Source: Paramecium tetraurelia (lineage: Eukaryota). From it: a DNA stretch of 64,000 nucleotides. Shown piece after piece: positions 54,799-64,000 of the stretch. Below the pieces are notes generated by a model. It had not been told where the DNA came from and made no database searches. It worked only from the letters and a program-made list of their open reading frames with translations. The DNA lies in NCBI GenBank assembly GCA_000165425.1, contig CT868650.1, forward strand, positions 248,001 to 312,000, in the 5' to 3' direction. The stretch's first letter is position 1, and each line of letters begins with the position of its first letter. A program made the position numbers and the translations under genes.

Positions 54799-56890
54799 AT
54801 GTCAAATTAAGGTATGTTAAGGGTCGGAACTTAAGATTCTTTTTCAAGAAAAAATCAATTTAATTAATTTCATACTACTCCCAGCCATCGCAAAACTTCA
54901 TAAACCAAGCCTCTATCGATTGATCAGATTCCAGACAATGCATTAGAAAAATTTTATTTGTATAAGCAAAAAAAGAGTGATGTGAGAATGAAACAATAAT
55001 TGAGCAAATAAAGTTAACGATCGTCTCAGAACTCCATCGCCTAAACCAATTAATTCTTTATTAATGCCAATTTCGTTAGTAATTAAGGTGGTTAGCAAAA
55101 GCGTTCTGGACAATCTGTTACTATTGAAGCCATTGAATCAGTCAAAAGAACCATAAAAACAGACATGGGAAACCCTGCATCATTATTAAACAAAGCAAAA
55201 AGCTTAGGTCAGGATGAATAAATGCAATAAGTTAAGCATCATAATGTAGTTGTGAAATTTGGCAACCAAGACTATTACTTTTATTTTGAAGCTCAGTAAT
55301 ATTTAAAAGCTATTAAATTAGTGCCAATATGAAATCTGTTTGGTTTTAAATTTTGTAAAGATTGTATGACAGTACATTTGCCAATCCCCAAGAATGCTAT
55401 GCCAATCTTAAGGACAAGCCATCAGTCAATTAAATTGTTAGCTTTGTCTCCTAATAACATTCAATACCAATTGACTATTATGTAGCTCAACCAGAATTAC
55501 AATTCAATGTCTTCATGAATTCTGGTTTAAAGTTGGAGGCCTTCTTTCTACAAGCATAATCCGAACCTAAGGTTAGTTTGAAGGATTTCATTTTTTTGAA
55601 GAACATCGGTGTAGGAGGTTTCTCTTTAGTTTATTTGGTTAGAAAAAAAGACACTGGCAAATTTTATGCTCTCAAACTCATTGATAAGGAATTCATCATA
55701 GCTAAGAAAAAGCAGTAAATTGTATTGAATGAACGAAATATCATGACTTTACTTAACAGTCCATTCTTACTACATTTATCATATGCATTCGAATCAAGAC
55801 AATTCGTAGTTTTTGTTCTAGAGTTTTGTTAAGGCGGGGAATTATTTTACTAATTGAAACAAATCAAAAGAATGAGTGAAGAATAAGCCTGCTTCTACAT
55901 AGCAGAAATTTGTTTGGTATGTATTCCTATTGATTATTAAGGGTCTACATGAAATTCATTCGATGAACATTTTATATAGAGATATTAAACCTGAAAACAT
56001 CCTTATGGACATAGAAGGACATGTTAGAATTGCAGACTTTGGTCTAAGTAAACCAGAAATAAGCAGAGATGAAAAAGCATATAGTTTTTGTGGATCTCCT
56101 GAATATATGGCTCCTGAAATGCTCTTGAAATAAGGGCACTCATAAACTGTTGATTTTTATTGTTTAGGTGCTTTACTTTATGAATTACTTACTGGATTAC
56201 CGCCTTACTATTCAACAGACACAAATTAAATATATTAAGATATTCTCTATTCAAAATTAAGTTTCCCTAATGATGTAAAATGTTTCATATAATTCAAGAT
56301 AAATTTATCAAAGGATGCGAAAAGTCTATTGATGCAATTGTTAGATAAAAACCCAAGCCAAAGATTAGGAGCTTCTGGAGGAATATAAGAGATCCTTCAA
56401 CATTCCTTTTTTGCTTAAATCGACTTTAAATTACTAACACTTAAAAAGGTTAAACCTCCATTTCGCCCTGATCCTTTAAAAATGAATTTGGATGAGAAGG
56501 AATCATAAAAAGGAGAATAAGATTTTAGGAAAATGATTGCTTCGAATAAAGGTGCTAATTTACCTGCTATTTTTGGGTCGTCATTTTATTATGAATCTCC
56601 CTAAGAGACTTAAATAAAATCAGTCTACAAAGAGTGGATTGCACACACTAATTTATAGCCAAATACTCCTTGTATGGCATCTTATCATAGTTAAGGAAGG
56701 TAATAACTTGTTTTTCTATATTTTAAGATCAACTAAATCCCAGGACATAGTCCCTTTAGTTTAATCTGTCAAGAATAACCCTAGATCTCGCTAAATTTTG
56801 AATCAAAAATAATAGTCATAAAAAGCAGTTGGTTACAAATCATCTTTGGAAAAAATAAATTAAGAGAGAAGGTTCTTTTCAAAAATTTGA
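54799..56890 (+). CDS. AGC-family Ser/Thr protein kinase
   Basis: [57 protein letters not shown]. Confidence 0.92.
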
Positions 56891-57158
56891 TTAAATTATA
56901 TATTTTCCAAATTATATCTTGACAGATTAATTTTGTTAAAATAAATCTTAGTATTCTATAATTTTTTTCGCTTTATTTATTTTAAAGATAGATATACACC
57001 TTTAGCTTGATTTACTCAATTTACTACTCTTTTTTTGATAAGAAGAATTTATTTTTTTTAAAATTCATTCAAATTAACATATGATTTGAAATTAAAATAA
57101 AAAAATGCTTAAACTTTAATATGGTTATATTTTATCCTATGGTTTGTTTAATCACAAT

Positions 57159-58535
57159 TCAAGCTTTATTCAATTTTTCAAAGAATTCTTCGATTTCTTA
57201 TAATTCTTAAGGTCTAGCTGAAGGATTAAGTTCCATCATTTTAAATATTATACTATAAAGATTTGGGTATTTTTTCATAACTTCTTTTTTATCTTCTTAA
57301 AATATAAGATTATATTTATTTTTTTCTATTGGTCTGTCTCTCTGAGAAGAAAATTCTCTGTTTTTCCTTCTTAATATCATGCATTAAATTATATAACCTA
57401 ATTGCCATATGTCATAGGGTGGTCCATAATTTTCTTAAGTTCCTTCAGGCGGTTGATACTGAGGAGTACCTTCATAATATGTTATTTCCCTCATTTAACT
57501 TTCTAAATAAGCAGGCATTTTTGATCTATTGAAATCTATTAACACACATTTCAGTTATTAAATTTATTTATCTTCACCTAAATATTCAAACATAATATTT
57601 TATGGTTTTAAGTCTCTGTGACAAATGCCTTTGGAATGTAGTTCCTTTAATGCCAATATCATTTATTTGATTAAATGCATCAAGTCTCCCCAATTTAAAT
57701 CTTTTTCGCCTACTTCATTATTTATTTATTCTAGAGTTTTATCATAATTTTTCATAAAGAAAAATTATTGATCTGCAAAGTTGTCATAACAATACAATTT
57801 TGCAATTCTATCACAATTATTAAGAGACTCTAATAATTTAATTTCTGTCTTTAAATAAGCCCTTTCTTCCTCACATTTAAACTTAACCCATTTAACAACA
57901 ATTGATTCTGCCGATGAATTAATATAGAATGGAGTTTTTATATGAAAAACTTTTGAAAAACTTGTGTAATATGCCGGATCCCCTTAGATTTCAATATTAT
58001 AAAGCACTTGTAATATTTTAGTCTCAGTAATAATGATTTATCTATCTTTTTTCTTTTCTTCAAAAATATTTGCATATAACTCATTTAGTAATTTTTCTTA
58101 AGCATAATTATTAATTTAAAAATAGTCGTATGGTAAATCAAAACCTAGACTTTGAACTAAATAATAGTTTTTAAAGAAATATACACATATTGAAAAGTAA
58201 TTTTTAAGGTGGTTATTGTTCTTATGTAGAAATTAATTGATCTTCTTCAAAAATAAAAACATTTGAATATTTTTCATCTTTATTCAAATAAATTTGATCA
58301 ATTCTCAAAGATTTAAGAAAATTCTTTCTTCTTTATGCACATTCAAAAACCACTAAAATAAAAATGATATTTTACAAATAGTAATATGAAACATTATTTT
58401 GTGTAAATAATCTACTTTTAAAAGTTTCCTCTTTAATCTTTCTTAAAGACTTTCTACTTCAAAACATAGTTAATCTTTTTTTAATATTCCTCTCAAGAGA
58501 AATGGTGAATTCTTTAGCTCTTCTATTTTATTCAT
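57159..58535 (-). CDS. Divergent protein kinase
   Basis: VVKW, EIKLL, CHRDLKPQNIM, LIDFN, GTPQYQPPE, DIWQLG; ends ...EKLNKA-TGA. Confidence 0.75.
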
Positions 58536-59018
58536 AATAGAATTTCAATTATTAATTATAAAATTACTTTTTAATATTTAAAACGCCTATAATTTAAAGG
58601 ATTAATGTTAATGGACTTATTAGGCTTCAAATTCTATCTCATATTCGAATATTTTCTAACTATCTTACTAAAAAAATAAGTCAAAGCAAATCATCACAAA
58701 CATAAATTTGATTAAAAATGATTATTATAAATAATTCCATTCTATTTACTTTAGATGTATAATAGCATTTCAATTGTTTAATATTATTACATTACGATTA
58801 TCAAATCCATTATAATATTCTGCACGCAAGTATTTTTTTCTATAAAACAATCTTCATCTTTTATTATTATATATATGGATATACCTTATTGATTTATTTT
58901 AACTCTGAAATATTCTGGAAACAGGAAGACTAATCTCCATCTTTAGTGAACAATATTAGCCTGAATATCAATGTATCCTTCTTAGAATTTTATTATTATA
59001 TTTAGATAAATAAAATTA

Positions 59019-59826
59019 ATGGAGGATTTGGATTATGCAGGGATTAACTTTGGTGCTATAGTTTTTCTTTATTTATTTGCAGTCTTCTATCTTTTGAAAT
59101 TAAATTCTAAGTGGTTCGCCTAGAAGACTTAAGATTAGAATTCAAATACCCAGAGTTCGTGTCTGGATTAGATTTTAGAAGCATTTGTATTTTGGCCTAA
59201 AGAAACAAAAAAGAACCACAATTTGGTAAAGTACTCAGAATATTTAGATTTGCATTGAGAAAGTAGCAAATATCTTTGTCATTTTCACTAATTAAGAAGT
59301 AGCATATTCATTGTTCGAATAACAACAAAATTTTAAAGATGACTTATAAGTTAGCTTATATAAGTACCTCTACATACCATTAATTTGTTTTGGGGGATTT
59401 TTGCTTTAAAAAGTGTTTTATTATATGTGTTACAGCTTCTATAAAGAATGTATTTTCAAGTAATTGGAAAAAAAGTATCCAAAAACCTCAAAATTTGCAT
59501 TTTCTGATCCTAGATCAAGAAGTATGTTTTTTTTTGGATATGTTATTGCAAATTTGGTCGTAATTGTAATTGTTTTCTCAGATTCTGCAAACCTAGCTAC
59601 ATTTGGTAGCTGTATTTTATCAGCATTGATAGGCTCAGGAATATAAATATTTGGACCGGAATTGCTTTTTGTTATTGTTTTTGTCTAGTTTTTTCAGTTA
59701 GATTATAAACTATATACAATATTGTTTTAATAAAAGAAACCAAATGTATCTAATGAAAAAGTAATTTATAATTTATATTTGTCTTAGATAGAAAGGTACA
59801 ATCAAGAAAACTAAACCCTTAGGTGA
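59019..59826 (+). CDS. Hypothetical multi-pass membrane protein
   Basis: Hydrophobic segments FGAIVFLYLFAVFYLL and MFFFGYVIANLVVIVIVF...CILSALIG; short introns. Confidence 0.65.
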
Positions 59827-60028
59827 GTTTAACTAAACAATTTCTATTTTTTTTAAATTGGATATTAAATATAATTATTAAATATATATGTATTCTAATA
59901 TTAAATCATCTTTGCATCATGTTTAAGGATGATTAAAGTAAAGATTGATATATTATTTAATGTAGTTTAATTTAGAATGATAGATTGATAAAAGTAATTT
60001 ATATTATTGGCATTAAAATTAAAATATA

Positions 60029-63000
60029 ATGAATTTTGATTATCCTTTTAGTGGCGATGAGTCGTCCATTTCGGATGATAATTAAGAAGTAAAACAAACC
60101 CTAGATTAAATTGAAATAATGGATGATTTAGATGGGTTATTCATTTAATAAGAAAATTAACAAGAAGAAGAATAGCAATATAATATTCCTTAGGATGAAT
60201 AATATTAAAATACAGATTTCGAGATTAGAGACTATCAAATTGATTTGTTTCAGAAATCAAAAGAGAAAAACTCAATAATATTTCTGGAAACAGGAAGAGG
60301 TAAGACTCATATTGCTCTAATGCACATTTACTATTACATCAAAAAGAATGGGTTTTAAAATACAAAATTAGTTTTTTTGGCAAACACTATTCAATTGGTT
60401 GAATAATAATGTTAGCTAATTAGAGATTAAATATATTCTGTTGCTTAAGAAATGGAGAAAAAAGGATTGGCACCATAAGACTATCATTTTGATCTTCAGC
60501 TATTCAAAGATAATTCTTTCAAAAGAAAATTTATTGTTCCAATCCATTCTAAGTCTATTCTAGGGATTGATGAAGGTATGGATATTCAAGGTTGGAAAAA
60601 GGAAAGATGGGATGATATCATCAATGAATCATGCGTTCTTGTAATGATGGGTTAGATGTTATTGAATGCTTTAAGAAGAGGATACTTGAAATTGCCATAT
60701 TTTTCATTAATCATATTTGATGAATGTCATCATTGCACCTAGAGGCATTCCTACAGATTGATAATCAAAGAATTCCTTGAGTGTGAAAAAGTTAAGAAAT
60801 AAATATAACATAGCGAAAAAGTGAAATTTTTAGGTTTGACTGCCACTCCAGTTACATCAGTTGACATAGAAAGGGCAGTCAAAATAAGTTCTGTTCCTAG
60901 TTTGTAAATTGAAGTAGATATTCTTCAATTAGCATTAAATTTACAGTCAAAATATGTTTAAGCATAAGAAAAGTAAATTAAAGAATATCAATCTAAGGTT
61001 ATAACCTATAATTAGGATTTAGGTATTTCGACTACATATACTCCCAAACATCAAACCCTAAATGATTTTTTTAGGTTATGGTAAGAGATATATTTTGAAA
61101 AAGAAAAAGATAAGATTTCATATAGTATTTAATTACTGATAGATTAGTTATATCACTTTGTTACTATGTATGGAATTATTCTATATAAGGATTTAGGTGC
61201 TTTTTCATTCTATTAGTTTATCAAGTAGCTATTTATAAATTTTGAAGAAATTAAATTTAAATATAAAGTTGAGAAAGACTAGAAACTACTTGATAAGATC
61301 AAAAAATTGTTCCATGATTATTTGGAAATTTTATAGCCATTAAACGTTTTAAATGATGAAAATTTGTCGAATAAGTTTATTGCTTTAAGAAATTAATTGT
61401 TAGAAATAACATAGAACAATAAAGAAAATAAGAAGCTCTTAATTTTCGTGGATCAGAAGATAACAGCCAAATATTTGCATTAGTTATTAGAGTTGCATTA
61501 GTTGGAATCTACCTATGTAGTGGGTACTGGTAATTTGACATCGGGAGCATTACAAATGACAATTTTAAAAGACAGGAATAAATTCATATCTTTGTCTCCT
61601 AATATTAATGCTTTGGAGATTGCAGAAAAGATTTATGAATAATTCAATATAGAAGGTAAGGAAGAGGATATAGAGTTGAATAATGAGGATGATGATGACA
61701 ACTAAACCAAAATGAAATTAAGATCCTAATTATAAGAAGTCTTGGAAGGAGTTAAAAATTATGGTAAGAAACTGGATTAGACTATTACAACTTCTAACGC
61801 TCAAAAGGAATCAATTAAAAAATTTAAAGAAAGTTGCAATATTTTGGTTTCAACAAATGTAACTGAAGAAGGATTCGATGTCCCAAACTGTCATTATGTT
61901 TTCATATTTGGGGAGATTACAACTTTAAAATAGTTTATTTAAAAAATAGGTAGAGCAAGAGCAGAAGGATCTGTATTTTATTTTATTTTACCAAAAGAAA
62001 AAGAATTGATGTGGATGGCAAAAGAAAAGGTATTATTTAAGACAAAAGAATGTGTGGAAAGAAAGATAGAAGAATTGAATAAGAATAACTACTATTCTGA
62101 TTTGAAAAATCGTATAAATAGTTTGAATAAGTAAATTAATAATATTCCAAAGTTCAAGGAAGAATATTACGATTGTAGATTGGTTAAAGATAGTCTAGCT
62201 TTAGTAAATGTGAATTGGGCTGTAGAAATTCTTTCTAATTATGCCAACATATTTAAAAACTTTGAATACAGAGGAAAGGACGAAAACTACATAAGAGGAA
62301 TATTTTATCAATATACTGAATTTCCATCATTGGGGTGGAAGTGCGTTTTGATACTTCCAAAGAATTTTTCTGATCGTTACTTTATAGGAGATCTGATGAA
62401 AACTAAAGAAGATGCTAAAAGATCGGCAGCATTTAAAGCAGTGTTAATTTTGAAATAAAAGTAAATGTTGACTGAAGATTTGCGACCTGTAAAAAGTGCA
62501 TATCATTTCGTATCTGACAGAAAAAATGATCCAAATTTGAAGGATCCAAATTACTGTCAAGTTATACAAGAGAGTGTTGTTATGAAGGTTGAACCATTAG
62601 TAGATTTAAGACAAAAATTATTCCCTTATAAAATGGATGTTTTTGAGATTTCAATTCAGCAACCTTTATATTTATACAAATTTAAATTTTTTGAGTTGCC
62701 ACCACTAATCAAAATTGAAAAAGGTAAAGAATAGGCTATTGGATTTCTACATAATTCCTAATTCTGTAATAGATTCAAATTTTAAGGAGGTAAGGAAATA
62801 AGATTAGAATTTGTTAAAAAGATTACAATAACACTGGAATAATATAATTTACTAAACTAAGTTCATTAATTCTTGGTTGCAACTTCATTTGACTGGGATT
62901 TGCCATTTTATTCATTCCTTGCAAAAGAAACAATTTCATCTGAATCTGCTCTATTTTAACAAGGCAAAAAATAACAATTCAACACAATAGATGATTAAAA

Positions 63001-64000
63001 ATAATATGCTCTTTTAGTCTTATTGTTAGGAGATTAAGAATTCGAAGAATTCAATATTAATTATGAGGCTTCTGCCAATATTGTAAAATACATTGAAAAG
63101 ATGAAAAAAGTTTTCAGTTTTTTGAACTCGATTAAACAAAAGAAAAAGATGAATTAATAGATAAAAGAGGAAAGACAAAGATTGAATGATATGAGTATTA
63201 GATTTGAAACTTGGAATAGTTTGGAATACGATGGAGACCTAATAAAATTATTAAAGGAATCCAATTTTAAGGGAATTGTGGGTTAGAATATAACTGATAG
63301 ATACTTTTTTAGTAAGGTAGTTTTTGATTCAAAACGACAGATTGAAGAACAAATATAAAGATTTGATAATGAAAAAAAAAAGGAATTTTTAAAAGATTTA
63401 TAGAATGTCCAAAGAAGTTTAAAATTAGTGATCAATTTTAATTTTGATAATGAAAAAGATTTATATGCAGCCCCTATATTAAGAAAGTATTTGAAATAGC
63501 ACATTAATTAAAATAGAGAAATAATAACGAAAAATTCATAGAAAGATCCTAAATATCAATATTTTTCAGGAGAATTTTATCAATTCCCATTAAATATTTC
63601 AGCTACATTGGAGTTAAGAATATTAACTAAACATATCTTATAATAATTAAGAGATTTTCTTGTGTCTTACACATTTAAATCTTAGACTTCTAAATTACTT
63701 GATTCTGGGAAGTAAGATTTAAACAGTTTCCAGCCATAAACCTATCAAGTAATGGATAATATCATGATTCAAGACTCGTAAGAAGTAATTAATTTTTTCG
63801 CTGATAATTCTTCTGAATTTTAAGATTTGTTGAATCAATTCAATCAAAATATAGATTTAAATGTAGGAAATAAAATTTAGGATTACTAAAAGTAATTAAA
63901 ATAAAGGAATTTTAAATATTCTATCCATGATATAGACAATGAATTGTTGCATAAATGTTTCCAATCCCAATAATTCAATTAAGACGATTAAACAAATTAT
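60029..64000 (+). CDS. DCR: Dicer-family protein (DExH helicase, helicase-C, Dicer dimerisation domain); 3' part outside window
   Basis: RDYQ, FLETGRGKT, IIFDECHH, LGLTAT, STNVTEEGFDVP...QKIGRAR, DUF283-like KEDAKRSAAFKA. The window ends at LHKCFQ...TNY, where an RNase III signature would be expected next. Confidence 0.88.

Overview
This is very AT-rich, gene-dense eukaryotic DNA. It reads cleanly only with the ciliate nuclear code (TAA/TAG = Gln, TGA the only stop) and has tiny (~20-30 nt) GT..AG introns, so it is almost certainly Paramecium macronuclear sequence. The supplied standard-code ORF track fragments the real genes. I find about 40 protein-coding loci and one tRNA-His(GTG). They include four kinases plus an ankyrin-AGC kinase, RING/B-box, eIF4E, a cNMP-domain channel-like protein, a hybrid histidine-kinase-like protein, PTEN, a longin R-SNARE, SHIPPO-repeat, F-BAR, DENN, acyl-CoA oxidase, C2/coiled-coil, MORN, a Cys-rich surface protein, Rab11-like, stomatin and the 5' 4 kb of a Dicer. 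The strongest novel candidate is at 34491-35296: a PUB-domain gene ending ...KRG-TGA-GGT-TGA. It is followed at once by a 13-bp GC-rich hairpin and then by a canonical-looking SECIS element. This suggests a p97-adaptor selenoprotein whose mRNA must tell a Sec UGA from a stop UGA two codons away. Gene boundaries come from manual translation; intron-dependent starts and ends are approximate. No database searches were run.
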